A stretch of DNA of 64,000 nucleotides, taken from the IMG/VR virus record IMGVR_UViG_3300035232_000745; one strand, given 5' to 3'. Both the position numbers and the translations under genes were made by a program. The notes under the pieces were generated by a model. It saw only the letters and a program-made list of their open reading frames with translations. It did no database searches and was not told the origin of the DNA. Below are positions 26,361 to 36,807 of the stretch, piece after piece. This stretch comes from a virus. Within the stretch, counting starts at the first letter, position 1. Each line of letters opens with the position of its first letter.

Positions 26361-27305
26361 ATGAAACAAATATTAAGTGCGGTTTTAGCCACAACTATAG
26401 CATCAGGTGCTATGGCAGGTGGACATGAACAACCCGAAGAAAAAAACGGACCGTTTGTTAACGGCACTTTTGAAATCTATATTGACGACACAAATACTGA
26501 AGGAACAGTTGATACTCGTTTTGAGGCCATGGGTGGTTACGAAACAGACATCGATCATCCTTTAGCAAATTGGGCAGGTTTTGGAGCAAGGTTCGATACA
26601 AACTATGCTTTGAACAGATCTCTTGATAACACAATTACTGAAAAGCAAATGGGACTCGGTATCGGTAATAACGCAAGATTATACGTAGGTGAAACAGATG
26701 CTCAGCGTTTAGGTTTTGCAAAAACATCTAAAATCGGTGCACCTGTTATTATTACAAAACCAAGTTCTCGTATTGATCATAACGAAAAAGTAGTTCTTAC
26801 TTTTGGTGGTTGGGAAAACAACGACGAGTTTGAATTTAATACATATCGTTTAAAGCGTGATATGCCATATGGCGGCGTAGTTGGTTGGAATCCTGAAGAC
26901 GATTCACTATATTACGGTGCAACTGCTCGAGTAAGTATTCTCGACGTTTCGTATATGGGCATTAAGAAAGATGATGAAACACAACATGGTTATTCGGTTG
27001 GCACATCATTCCATCGCATGGGAGTTCCAGTAGGTCTTGGCATTGAAAGATGGGAAGACGCTGAGAATACACGCATGGACTTTGGTGTAATGTATAATTA
27101 TAGTAAAGAAATAATGTTTACTGCGCATAGAGTTGCAGACGACGACTTAGGATTTACATATAACTATCTTGCAGCAATTCATACTAAAGGACCAGTTGAG
27201 TTAGGATTATATCTACATCAAGGAAAAGACCAAGTAAATCCTTGGACCGGTCAAAAATCAGAAATCGATGATAGCATTAAGGCTACAATCAAATATAAAT
27301 TCTGA
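26361..27305 (+). CDS. Outer-membrane beta-barrel (porin-like) protein
   Basis: Sec signal peptide, amphipathic beta-strands, C-terminal ATIKYKF BAM signal. Confidence 0.7.
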   Translation: MKQILSAVLATTIASGAMAGGHEQPEEKNGPFVNGTFEIYIDDTNTEGTVDTRFEAMGGYETDIDHPLANWAGFGARFDTNYALNRSLDNTITEKQMGLGIGNNARLYVGETDAQRLGFAKTSKIGAPVIITKPSSRIDHNEKVVLTFGGWENNDEFEFNTYRLKRDMPYGGVVGWNPEDDSLYYGATARVSILDVSYMGIKKDDETQHGYSVGTSFHRMGVPVGLGIERWEDAENTRMDFGVMYNYSKEIMFTAHRVADDDLGFTYNYLAAIHTKGPVELGLYLHQGKDQVNPWTGQKSEIDDSIKATIKYKF

Positions 27306-27306
27306 T

Positions 27307-27314
27307 TATAAATA
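27307..27314 (+). promoter_or_regulatory. T4-type late promoter for glycosylation cluster 2
   Basis: TATAAATA. Confidence 0.65.
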
Positions 27315-27385
27315 AACTTAATATGGCAATCACCTCTGATATCACGTGATTGCTTTTACAAAATGTTATTGATGAGGAGTATATA

Positions 27386-28408
27386 ATGAAGAGAATATTA
27401 ATTACTGGTGGCGGTGGCTTTATTGCCCATCATTTAATTAACCAAGTGCTTATGCGAACAGATTGGGAAATTGTAACACTAGATCGCTTAGATTATAGTG
27501 GCAATCTTAATCGTTTACACGACTTGCTTCAAGAACGTACTCCAACCGAGAGGAAAAGAGTCCGCACAATCTTCCACGATTTAAAAGCAGAAATTAACCC
27601 GATGCTAGAAGCAGACATCGGTCCTGTTGATATCATTGCACATCTTGCAGCAGGCTCTCACGTAGATCGTTCTATTGATAGACCTATGGAATTTGTGATG
27701 GATAACGTTGTTGGTACTGCAAACCTTTTAGATTATGGTCGAAGACAAGATAATCTAGAACGTTTCTTGTACTTTTCAACTGATGAAGTATTTGGTCCTG
27801 CACCAGAAGGTGTTAAATACGATGAATACGATCGTTATAATTGTACTAATCCTTATTCTGCATCTAAAGCTGGAGCAGAAGAACTCGCAGTAGCTTATCA
27901 AAATACATATAAAATGCCAATATACATTACCCATACAATGAACGTATTTGGCCAAAGACAACATCCAGAAAAGTTTATTCCTATGACTATTCGTAATGTA
28001 CGAGATGGCGGTACGGTAACTATTCACAGTGATGAAACAAAAACAATTCCAGGTTCACGTCATTATATTCATGCTGAAGATGTTGCAGATGCTACATTGT
28101 TCCTATTAGAAAACGAACGCACTCTTGATATGACAAACAATACAGGCATTAAGTGTCCTAAGTTTAATATTTGTGGATCGACAGAATTAAACAATTTAGA
28201 ATTAGCTCAATTAATTGCAGAGTCTCAAGGGAAGGAATTAAATTATGAATTTATGGATTTCCATTCTAGCCGTCCTGGGCATGATCTTCGTTATGCTCTT
28301 AGCGGTGATCGTATGGCGAACATGGGTTGGACTCCACAACCAGTTAGAGAAAGAATTGATGAAGTGGTTCAATGGACTTTAAACAATAGAAGGTGGTTAG
28401 ACATATGA
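27386..28408 (+). CDS. rmlB: dTDP-glucose 4,6-dehydratase-like NAD-dependent dehydratase
   Basis: ITGGGGFI, HLAAGSHVDRSI, STDEVFG, YSASKA, RPGHDLRY. Confidence 0.9.
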   Translation: MKRILITGGGGFIAHHLINQVLMRTDWEIVTLDRLDYSGNLNRLHDLLQERTPTERKRVRTIFHDLKAEINPMLEADIGPVDIIAHLAAGSHVDRSIDRPMEFVMDNVVGTANLLDYGRRQDNLERFLYFSTDEVFGPAPEGVKYDEYDRYNCTNPYSASKAGAEELAVAYQNTYKMPIYITHTMNVFGQRQHPEKFIPMTIRNVRDGGTVTIHSDETKTIPGSRHYIHAEDVADATLFLLENERTLDMTNNTGIKCPKFNICGSTELNNLELAQLIAESQGKELNYEFMDFHSSRPGHDLRYALSGDRMANMGWTPQPVRERIDEVVQWTLNNRRWLDI

Positions 28409-28983
28409 GTTTTGTACAATTTATAGAAGGTGAATATAATAGAGTAAAGAACACTTTCTCTGATATTAACGAACACATCGAATTGCTATATACTTTAGGA
28501 ATGGAATGTGATAGAATATGTGAAATGGGTGTCAGAGATGGTGCTAGTACTAGAGCATTTCTTAATACTAACGCATCTTTGAGATCATACGATATCGAAT
28601 TAAACGAAGAAGTTCAAAACCTATTCACAAGAGCAAAGTCTGTTGGAAAAGATGTAACTTATGAAAAAGAGAACGTTTTGAATATTGAAATTGAGCAGTG
28701 TGATTTGTTGTTCATTGATACGTGGCATTCTGGTTCTCAATTAAAACGTGAGCTAGAAATACATGGTAACAAGGCTAACAAATATTTAGTATTCCATGAC
28801 ACTCATACATATGGATGCAGAGATGAAAAACAAAACTGGAGAGACTTTGCGGATAAACGACCAATAGCAGGCGAAGGGTTACTTAAATCAATAATCGATT
28901 TTGTTATCGAAAATCCTGAATGGAAGTTTAAAGAATTAAGAACAAATAATAACGGCCTAACCGTTCTAGAAAGGACAAAGTAA
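28405..28983 (+). CDS. Class I SAM-dependent methyltransferase-like
   Basis: EMGVRDGAST, DLLFIDTWH, VFHDT, NNNGLTVL. Confidence 0.75.
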   Translation: MSFVQFIEGEYNRVKNTFSDINEHIELLYTLGMECDRICEMGVRDGASTRAFLNTNASLRSYDIELNEEVQNLFTRAKSVGKDVTYEKENVLNIEIEQCDLLFIDTWHSGSQLKRELEIHGNKANKYLVFHDTHTYGCRDEKQNWRDFADKRPIAGEGLLKSIIDFVIENPEWKFKELRTNNNGLTVLERTK

Positions 28984-30524
28984 TGATTGTAGATTGCTTT
29001 CCATTTTTTGCACCAACAGGAGAAGAACTCTTAAAACTAAGAGTTAATCTTTTAAAAGATGTAGTCGATAAATTTATTATTGTTGAGTCTGATAAAACTC
29101 ACAGCGGTAAACCAGTACAAAGAAAGTTTCTTGAGATTGCCCAGAAGCATGGTCTTCCAATGGAAAAAATCATCTACGTCGAACATCACATTCCAGAACG
29201 TGAAGATATCGTAGTTGAAAAGATTGATAAGATTAATGCAGGTGTAAATAAAGATAATGAAGATTCAGTATATGCTCGTGCAAGAGAAAGAATGCAAAAA
29301 GATGCGGTAATGGAAGGCATGTCTGGTTTTAGAGATAACGATGTATTCTTATACGGTGATGCTGATGAAATCATTAGACCAGAAAATGTTAAATGGGTTG
29401 CAAGAATGGCTCTTGCACATCAAGAAATTATTCTCAAAATACCGTTAGCTTATCTGCAGGGTCGTGCCGATTTAAGAGCATATAATACTGACGATAGTCC
29501 AGTTGTATGGTGGAAAGCCATGTTCTTTGCGAGTAAAAAACAAATTATGGAGTTTTCAATAAACAAAATCCGTTGTGGTTCTATGCACCTCCCAATTCGT
29601 TGGCCAACACACAATAATCGTGTGATACAAGATATGGGCTGGCACTTTGCTTGGATGGGCGATTCTGATATGAGAAAAGTAAAAGCAGATTCTTTTGCAC
29701 ACGCGTTTGATAATTTTGATTGGATGGAAGATGTAAAAGGATATCAAGACTATGCTAATTGGGATATGCATCTAACTGAAGAAGGACCAGCACCAGATGG
29801 AAACATCAATCATAAACTTAAAAGGTACGGAATAGAAAACTTACCTAGTATTATTTTCGAAGATGAAAGCCTGCGTGACTTCTTGTTGCCTCCTACTGAT
29901 ATAAAAGAAGAGTTTAAGTTTAATAAGTGTGATTGTTTTTGGTGTCAAAAGCTTAAGTTCCCTTTGATGTATAATCTCGACGGCGAAAGAAATTGGTTTG
30001 AAGTTCCGAGAAGTTGTAGTGTAACAATTAAAGAATCATTTCCTGAAAGACGTCAAGTATTTAGAGATACAGACGAATATGATGAAGCACGAGGTAGACC
30101 AATCGTAGTTTACTCAGATCCTATTAATAGATTTGTTTCATGTATTAACGGTTATCTTGTAGAAAAACAACGTTATTATCATTATGGTGAAGATATTTTT
30201 GCGTCGTTTGGTAAAAAACTTAGTGAATGTACTAAGCAAGAAAAGATAGATTTATTCTTTAAACATCTGCATAAAATCGGATCATCTCATCAGCTTCATC
30301 ATTTTCACCCTCAAGCTTGGTTCGTTGATACTAATAAGTTTAAAAAGTTTACTTTAGTTAAAAAAGAAGATGTTTCTTCAACCTTTAATGTTAAACATAA
30401 ACTGAACCAAACTACGAAAGAAATCTTTGAGCAAGATTTTAGTGAAGAACAAATTGATTTTCTTAAACGCCTTTATGCTGTAGACTACGCCTTTTGGGAT
30501 AAGTACAAACCAGATGAAAGTTAG
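28983..30524 (+). CDS. GT17-like glycosyltransferase fused to a sulfotransferase-like domain
   Basis: VDCF.F...ELLKLR...VDKFIIVES..THSG, DADEI, GWHFAW; C-terminal EVPRSCS...DPINRFVS. Confidence 0.7.
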   Translation: MIVDCFPFFAPTGEELLKLRVNLLKDVVDKFIIVESDKTHSGKPVQRKFLEIAQKHGLPMEKIIYVEHHIPEREDIVVEKIDKINAGVNKDNEDSVYARARERMQKDAVMEGMSGFRDNDVFLYGDADEIIRPENVKWVARMALAHQEIILKIPLAYLQGRADLRAYNTDDSPVVWWKAMFFASKKQIMEFSINKIRCGSMHLPIRWPTHNNRVIQDMGWHFAWMGDSDMRKVKADSFAHAFDNFDWMEDVKGYQDYANWDMHLTEEGPAPDGNINHKLKRYGIENLPSIIFEDESLRDFLLPPTDIKEEFKFNKCDCFWCQKLKFPLMYNLDGERNWFEVPRSCSVTIKESFPERRQVFRDTDEYDEARGRPIVVYSDPINRFVSCINGYLVEKQRYYHYGEDIFASFGKKLSECTKQEKIDLFFKHLHKIGSSHQLHHFHPQAWFVDTNKFKKFTLVKKEDVSSTFNVKHKLNQTTKEIFEQDFSEEQIDFLKRLYAVDYAFWDKYKPDES

Positions 30525-30759
30525 GGCAGGTAGTGCCAATATAGATGTTCTAAGACTTGAAATTAAAGATTTAAATAGAGAGATTAGCGATCTATATAAA
30601 GAGCATGATATAGTAAGAAACCAAAATATGATGCTTCTCGAAGTATTAACAGATCTGACCGGTGACGAAAGTTATTGGTCAGATGAAGCAAAGAAGACTG
30701 GTATTGTCTTTAAACTTACGAATGTACTAACACAAATAAAAAATAATTTTGGTCACTAA
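30514..30759 (+). CDS. Hypothetical protein
   Basis: Coupled ORF. Confidence 0.5.
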   Translation: MKVRAGSANIDVLRLEIKDLNREISDLYKEHDIVRNQNMMLLEVLTDLTGDESYWSDEAKKTGIVFKLTNVLTQIKNNFGH

Positions 30760-30762
30760 ATA

Positions 30763-30800
30763 GTTTACAACCTATAGAAAACAGTATAGACTGATTCTAT
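30763..30800 (+). promoter_or_regulatory. Early promoter GTTTACA-N17-TAGACT-GATTC
   Basis: Member of the repeated promoter family. Confidence 0.8.
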
Positions 30801-30826
30801 AATAATATAAACTATGAGGCAGTACT

Positions 30827-31351
30827 ATGAAGTTTAAAAAAATTACATCAGCTCTTATTGCAGTAGCTATTAATACAGCTGCGTTTGGAGCTCTTGTCTA
30901 TACAGGTCAAGAGCTTGCAGCTCAAGAAGTAGAAAAAGACTTTGTTGAGTATCAAACACAAGAAATGAATTGCTTAGCTCTCAATATATACTTTGAGACT
31001 CATGCAGTATCATTAGTTGATGCAATGTCAGTCTCTGATGTTGTATTAAATAGAGTAATGAGTAAGCGCTTTCCTGATAGCGTATGTGACGTTGTTCATC
31101 AAGGTTTTAAACCAGGAAAGAAATCATGTCAATTTAGTTGGTATTGCGATGGTAAACACGATACACCTTATGATAATGACGCATGGGAAAAATCTCGTAA
31201 ATATGCACGAGACATGTATCTTGGCAATCAATACCGAGGAATTACAGAAGGTGCAACACATTACCACGCGCATTGGATGAAAGCTTATTGGGCTCCATCC
31301 ATGCATAGAGTAGCGCGTATGGGTTCTCATATATTCTACAGAGAAGATTAA
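30827..31351 (+). CDS. Cell wall hydrolase, SleB/Hydrolase_2 family
   Basis: CLALNIYFE, VVLNRV...FP..VC.VV, CQFSW, GATHYH, HIFY. Confidence 0.9.
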   Translation: MKFKKITSALIAVAINTAAFGALVYTGQELAAQEVEKDFVEYQTQEMNCLALNIYFETHAVSLVDAMSVSDVVLNRVMSKRFPDSVCDVVHQGFKPGKKSCQFSWYCDGKHDTPYDNDAWEKSRKYARDMYLGNQYRGITEGATHYHAHWMKAYWAPSMHRVARMGSHIFYRED

Positions 31352-31492
31352 TATGATAATAATCAGAGCATATTACAACAAAGCGTGGGTGAATAAATAC
31401 TTCACTTGCGCATTAGATGCACAAGAATATCGCGATTGGCTTGATGCTAGATACGCTCAAGTTCAATGGATAAATTACTAAGGAGAAAAATA

Positions 31493-31828
31493 ATGTCAGA
31501 TGAACGATACGTCGTAGCGACGGTTGTCTCTACTCATAGGATGCGCTATGCAATTCCAGTAAGTAAGATGGAAACCGAAGAAGGCGTCCCATTAAGTATG
31601 ACAGAAGCGAGTGTCATTGAGTATGTTAATGACTCAGTCACATGCGAAGAAGTAAAAGAATTTTCCCAACATTTTCTTGGAGAGCAAATCATCGATACAA
31701 TGATATTAGATGAAGAGCGAATTCTTAAACTTTTTGATAAAGATAACGAATATCTTTCGGAATGGACTCGAGAACAAAAACTTGAATTTATTGATAAATG
31801 GCAAGACAATTGGAAGAAAGGTGTCTGA
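31493..31828 (+). CDS. Hypothetical protein
   Basis: AGGAG RBS; EFSQHFLGEQI. Confidence 0.6.
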   Translation: MSDERYVVATVVSTHRMRYAIPVSKMETEEGVPLSMTEASVIEYVNDSVTCEEVKEFSQHFLGEQIIDTMILDEERILKLFDKDNEYLSEWTREQKLEFIDKWQDNWKKGV

Positions 31829-32159
31829 TAGGACTTATTCGCCGATATGTTGGGTTCTAATTGAAGTAATAGAAGAAGAAGGAACCCACTATCGAGTACT
31901 CGCTGGTTTTGAAGAAAAATTAAAACACGGCGACGATTGGAGAATAAGTAAAGATATAATTGGAGTTGAAGGAGATAAAGAAACATATACGTTTCATTGC
32001 TCGTCTGGTTCTCATTATCTCTGTCAAAAGAAAGAATACAATTTGTCTAGCCAAATTATGCATGTCTCAAGATCTTTATTAGATCAAAAAGGTGATAAAT
32101 GTAAAGTATTGAAAGATACTAAAGACTGGCTAAATTATGAATGGAGTTATAAAAAATGA
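31710..32159 (+). CDS. Hypothetical protein (likely GTG start near 31821)
   Basis: YSP..WV...YRVLAG...WR pattern. Confidence 0.5.
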   Translation: MKSEFLNFLIKITNIFRNGLENKNLNLLINGKTIGRKVSDRTYSPICWVLIEVIEEEGTHYRVLAGFEEKLKHGDDWRISKDIIGVEGDKETYTFHCSSGSHYLCQKKEYNLSSQIMHVSRSLLDQKGDKCKVLKDTKDWLNYEWSYKK

Positions 32160-32911
32160 ATATAGTCATTGCAGGATATGGATTTGTGGGAAAAGCTCAC
32201 GCTCTTTGGTTAGAATACGAGCATAATGTTACGATCTATGATCCTGCAATGGGCTACGGTGATATTCACACACAATTTGATAACGCGGATGGAGTAATAA
32301 TCTGCGTATCAACTCCAGAAGGAGAAAACGGTGAGTGTGATATGTCTAACGTATATAATGTCATAGAAAAATGTAACCCCGGTACTCCGATCTTAATTAA
32401 GTCAACTATAAGCCTAGAAGGTTGGCGCTTAATTAAGAGAGCATATCCTTACGAAAAGATAGCGTTCTCTCCAGAATATTTAAGAGCAGCTCACGCTATT
32501 GAAGATTTCAAATCAAACAATACTATGCAAATAGGAGGAGACTCAGAATTCTGGGTTAAAACATTTGCCTATTCAACAGTCACGATTATAAACGGATTTG
32601 ATGTTGAAGAATTGATTATGATAAAATATTTAAGAAATTCATTTCTTGCTTGTAAAGTAGCTTTCTTTAATCAAGTCTATGATATGTGCGAAAATGCTGG
32701 TATCGATTATGAAACAGTAAGAAACGGAGTTGCTGCAGATAAACGCATAGGAGATAGCCATACAATTGTCACTGAAGATCGCGGTTACGGAGGCCATTGC
32801 TTTCCTAAAGATGTTGCAGCTATTATAGCTTCTGGTTACAAGTCTGGAACTGACCTGTCTATTTTAGCAGAAGTTCAAAGTTATAATGAAAGGCTAAAGC
32901 TTGTCGAATAA
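32156..32911 (+). CDS. UDP-glucose/GDP-mannose dehydrogenase family, short form
   Basis: GYGFVG, ICVSTP, IKST, SPEYLR, GYGGHCFPKD. Confidence 0.85.
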   Translation: MNIVIAGYGFVGKAHALWLEYEHNVTIYDPAMGYGDIHTQFDNADGVIICVSTPEGENGECDMSNVYNVIEKCNPGTPILIKSTISLEGWRLIKRAYPYEKIAFSPEYLRAAHAIEDFKSNNTMQIGGDSEFWVKTFAYSTVTIINGFDVEELIMIKYLRNSFLACKVAFFNQVYDMCENAGIDYETVRNGVAADKRIGDSHTIVTEDRGYGGHCFPKDVAAIIASGYKSGTDLSILAEVQSYNERLKLVE

Positions 32912-33317
32912 GATAGGAATAACCTTTAGCACGTTTGATTTGCTTCATGCAGGACATATCGCTATGTTACGCGAAGCTAAAACACAATGCGATTATTTGA
33001 TGGTGGGATTGCAAATGGATCCTTCATCAGATCGTCCAGATAAGAATAACCCAGTACAATCTATTGTAGAAAGATACACGCAATTAAAGGGTGTACAATA
33101 CGTCGATGAGATTATACCATACTCTTCAGAAAGAGATGTCGAAGATATATTGACATTATACCAAATAAATGTTAGAATATTAGGAGAAGAGTATAGAGAT
33201 AAAGAGTTTACAGGTAAAGATATATGCCGTAAAAGAGATATAGATCTATATTTTAACAAGCGGGACCACAGATTTAGTTCCAGCGATTTAAGAAAGAGGG
33301 TATGTGAACATGATTGA
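32901..33317 (+). CDS. Cytidylyltransferase (TagD-like)
   Basis: FDLLHAGH, RDHRFSSS. Confidence 0.88.
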   Translation: MSNKIGITFSTFDLLHAGHIAMLREAKTQCDYLMVGLQMDPSSDRPDKNNPVQSIVERYTQLKGVQYVDEIIPYSSERDVEDILTLYQINVRILGEEYRDKEFTGKDICRKRDIDLYFNKRDHRFSSSDLRKRVCEHD

Positions 33318-33510
33318 AGAACAGTTAGAATTCGAATTCTATGATATATACGATACTACAGAAATTCGTAGAATTGATTCTAAAATGGAAATATTTTTAC
33401 ACGACTTGGCTCGTAGAGAAGATAATGAATTTATCCAGAGAATCGCAAATCGTTTTACTACTCTGTCTACAAAAGCTCATAGTCGTAAACATTGGACTGG
33501 GAGTGAATAG
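33310..33510 (+). CDS. Hypothetical protein
   Basis: Coupled ORF. Confidence 0.45.
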   Translation: MIEEQLEFEFYDIYDTTEIRRIDSKMEIFLHDLARREDNEFIQRIANRFTTLSTKAHSRKHWTGSE

Positions 33511-33693
33511 ATGATTTATTGGACTTTATTCGTTATCACAACTTCATTGTCTGAACCAATGGATAAGAATTATACCATGATTTCAAGACACAATGACAGA
33601 TGGGGTTGTGAAGTTTCGCTTTCTGAATTCAAAGAAATTTATCATGGTGACGGTATAGTCAAGTGTGATAAGACAGATCAATAGGAGATTATT

Positions 33694-33879
33694 ATGTTTA
33701 AATTGTTTAAAACTCGAAACGATTATCTTGACGAAATAGACTATACAGAAGATGTTAGTATGTTTCCAAGCGTAGAAGCTGAAATCGATCACATGCCAAC
33801 TGTGTTCGAGCAAGTCCTAGATAAGTGTGATGAAATAGAAGCCAAGCTAGATATATTACTGGAACGCGTTGGTAAATGA
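33694..33879 (+). CDS. Hypothetical protein
   Basis: AGGAG RBS. Confidence 0.5.
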   Translation: MFKLFKTRNDYLDEIDYTEDVSMFPSVEAEIDHMPTVFEQVLDKCDEIEAKLDILLERVGK

Positions 33880-35228
33880 AAATACTGGGTGTAAGTGAAG
33901 GCTTTCATGATGCTGGAGCTACTCTAATCAAAGATGGTGAAATTTTATCTGCTAATCATTCTGAAAGAATTAGCAGAATCAAACACGATAAGTGGTTGCA
34001 TTATACGCAGATTGAATACGCTGATAAAATTGCCTTCTTTGAAAAAGACTGGTTAAAACGAACACGTCAATGGTATGCTGGTCAACAAAGAAAGAAGTCA
34101 AGGATTAATTACGACATTTCGTTTTATCACCATGAATCTCACGCTGCTTCTGGTTTTTACACTTCAAAGTTCGACTCATGCAATATACTTGTTATCGATT
34201 CGATAGGTGAATGGGATACTGTTTCTATTTGGAAAGCATGGGTTAAGAACGGCAAACCTCGTATGGCCAAAATCAAATCATTTAAATATCCTTACTCAAT
34301 AGGATTATTCTATTCTGCTGTTACTCAATATATAGGATTAAAACCTCAAGAAGATGAATATATAACGATGGGTATGGCAGCATACGGAGAGCCAATCCAT
34401 TACGAAATTATGAGCGACCATTTAGAATATCACAATAATCATAAAGGAATACGTTACTTACCTTCTTGTTTTAGAAATGAAGACATAGCAGCATCAGCTC
34501 AAAGTGTTGTTGAAGATAAAATATTAGAATTAGTTAACGAGTATTGTCTACATGAAAACTTGATTATAAGTGGAGGAGTTGCTCTTAATTGTGTAGCTAA
34601 CACTAAAGTAGCAGAGCTCGGCAAAAACATTTGGATTATGCCAAACCCCGGCGATTGCGGATCATCGTTAGGCGCTGCAGCATTGGCATATGGAAATAAA
34701 CTAAACTGGATTGATCCATATCTTGGAACGGAGATTAAACGTGACCCCAAAATTAAAGAAATTGTTAACCATCTTATTGATTATTCCTATTGCGGCGTTG
34801 CGAATGGTCGTGCTGAGTTTGGCCCTCGTGCCCTTGGTAATCGTAGCCTTCTTGCTGATCCTAGACGAGATGTTAGAGATACTGTTAACGAAATTAAACG
34901 TAGACAAAAATTTCGACCCTTTGCGCCTTCAATCTTGGAAGAATTTGCTGATAAATACTTCGAAGGGCCAATGAATGAATACATGCAATTTGTTTCAAAA
35001 GCAAAGCATGACTACTCATCAGTAACTCACGTTGACGGAACAGCAAGAGTTCAAGTCGTAAAACAGAATTGTAAATCTATATTAAGGCCTATTCTTGAAG
35101 AATGGCATGAACAAACGGGATGCCCTATGTTATTAAACACGAGTCTTAATATTAAAGGGCAGCCTATGGTTGATACTTGGCAGCATGCTCTTGATTTTGA
35201 AAAAGAATATAAGGTTAAAGTTTTTTAA
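33876..35228 (+). CDS. Carbamoyltransferase (NodU/CmcH family)
   Basis: HDAGA, HHESHAA, GGVALNC, EFGPRALGNRS, RPFAP, LNTSLN. Confidence 0.93.
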   Translation: MKILGVSEGFHDAGATLIKDGEILSANHSERISRIKHDKWLHYTQIEYADKIAFFEKDWLKRTRQWYAGQQRKKSRINYDISFYHHESHAASGFYTSKFDSCNILVIDSIGEWDTVSIWKAWVKNGKPRMAKIKSFKYPYSIGLFYSAVTQYIGLKPQEDEYITMGMAAYGEPIHYEIMSDHLEYHNNHKGIRYLPSCFRNEDIAASAQSVVEDKILELVNEYCLHENLIISGGVALNCVANTKVAELGKNIWIMPNPGDCGSSLGAAALAYGNKLNWIDPYLGTEIKRDPKIKEIVNHLIDYSYCGVANGRAEFGPRALGNRSLLADPRRDVRDTVNEIKRRQKFRPFAPSILEEFADKYFEGPMNEYMQFVSKAKHDYSSVTHVDGTARVQVVKQNCKSILRPILEEWHEQTGCPMLLNTSLNIKGQPMVDTWQHALDFEKEYKVKVF

Positions 35229-36013
35229 TGGGTTTTATTTTAGCCAGCGGTTGTAGTTTTACAGATCCAAACTTTAAATCAGCAATTCACCCAGAATACG
35301 ATACTTCGTATCCAAAATGGCCTGAGATTTTAGGAAAAATCTTAGATAAAAAAGTAATTAATCTTGCGAAGTCAGGTGTAAGTAACGATAAGATTTCAAA
35401 TGATGTAGTACGAAAATTAATAAAAGACTTTGATATAATAGATTTGGTTTGTGTTGGTTGGACACAACCTGAAAGATACACCGTATGGGATCATTATAAT
35501 CTAAACGCGTGTAATGTCAGAAATACAAAGAAGTCATTTGAAAACCTCCAAGATAATAAATCTAGAGATTTTTATGATTGGGTATGGAACGATTTATTAG
35601 ATAAAAACGTATCTTTCAATCATAATCCTCTCAAAGTTATTAGAGATAATTTTTATAAGAATGTACTTTTAGTTCAAAACATATGTGAATTACTAAACAT
35701 AGATTTGGTGCATGGTTTTGTATGCGGCAATCTTGAAATTAATAGGTTTAAGTGGTTAGAGAAACATTATGAAAAAGAGCTACAATACTCTGAAAGAGAA
35801 TGGGTTAAAGTAATATCTGAGCCAAGCGAATTTTATGAAATAGAGGCAAGTAAATTCTTTGGCTATCCTATTTTAAAAGGTTTGGGCGGTTATACTTTAT
35901 ATGACGAACTAAACGATTATAGGATAAGTAAACAAGACGCACATCCCAATAAAGAAGGACACGAGTTCATTGCAGAAAAGTATTACGAAACGTATAAAAA
36001 TTCTATTTCTTAA
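35228..36013 (+). CDS. SGNH-hydrolase-like protein
   Basis: GCSFT, NLAKSGVSN, DAHPNKEGH. Confidence 0.6.
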   Translation: MGFILASGCSFTDPNFKSAIHPEYDTSYPKWPEILGKILDKKVINLAKSGVSNDKISNDVVRKLIKDFDIIDLVCVGWTQPERYTVWDHYNLNACNVRNTKKSFENLQDNKSRDFYDWVWNDLLDKNVSFNHNPLKVIRDNFYKNVLLVQNICELLNIDLVHGFVCGNLEINRFKWLEKHYEKELQYSEREWVKVISEPSEFYEIEASKFFGYPILKGLGGYTLYDELNDYRISKQDAHPNKEGHEFIAEKYYETYKNSIS

Positions 36014-36093
36014 ACTAAAATTCAAGTTTATGATTTGGAAAATGAGATTTAAAAAAGAAGAAATCGAAACCAGCAATGAAGAAAGATTCATTT

Positions 36094-36807
36094 ATGAAGA
36101 AGATTAGATATATATTCGATGTTGACGGAACGCTTACTCCAAGCAGACAAAAAATGGATCCAGAGTTTAAAAAATTCTTCTTGCAATTTATAGAAGATAA
36201 TAAAGTGTGGTTAGTAACAGGATCTGACTATGCTAAAACAAAGGAACAGTTAGGCTCAGACATAACTGAAAACGTAGTCACGTGTTATAATTGCAGTGGA
36301 AATGAAACTCGACATCGCGGTAAAATAGTAAACGCTTCAGGATGGAAGTTACCAGAAGAATGTAGAAGGTGGTTAAGCGATGAACTTATAAGATCTCCAT
36401 TCGTTTTAAGAACTGGAAATCATTTAGAAGAAAGAAGAGGAACTTGTAACTTTAGTGTTGTAGGCAGGAACGCAACACTTGGTGAACGTAAATTATATAT
36501 TAAATATGACGAGATAAATAACGAGCGCAGAGATATAGTAAACACTTTCAACTATGTTTTTGGCATCGAATCTTTAGGTATCTCGGCCGTAATTGGAGGC
36601 GAGACTGGAATAGATATATACCCAATAGGCAATGATAAATCACAAGTTCTTCAGGATTTTAACGAAGATGATAATATCCATTTCTTCGGAGATAAAATGG
36701 ATAATGGTGGAAATGATTATCCTTTGGCAAAAATGAATAAATGTGGAACAAACCACCACGTAAAAAATTGGGAAGAAACATATAAGATTTTAAGAGAGGA
36801 ACAGTAA
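36094..36807 (+). CDS. HAD-IIB phosphomannomutase-like
   Basis: FDVDGTLTPSR, VTGSD, NFSVVGRNA, FFGDK..GGNDYP. Confidence 0.85.
   Translation: MKKIRYIFDVDGTLTPSRQKMDPEFKKFFLQFIEDNKVWLVTGSDYAKTKEQLGSDITENVVTCYNCSGNETRHRGKIVNASGWKLPEECRRWLSDELIRSPFVLRTGNHLEERRGTCNFSVVGRNATLGERKLYIKYDEINNERRDIVNTFNYVFGIESLGISAVIGGETGIDIYPIGNDKSQVLQDFNEDDNIHFFGDKMDNGGNDYPLAKMNKCGTNHHVKNWEETYKILREEQ

Noticed and set aside
32156-32911. Short UDP-glucose dehydrogenase as a pseudogene
   Set aside because: NAD-binding and catalytic GGHCFPKD motifs are intact, there is no frameshifted remnant, and it is coupled to the next gene.
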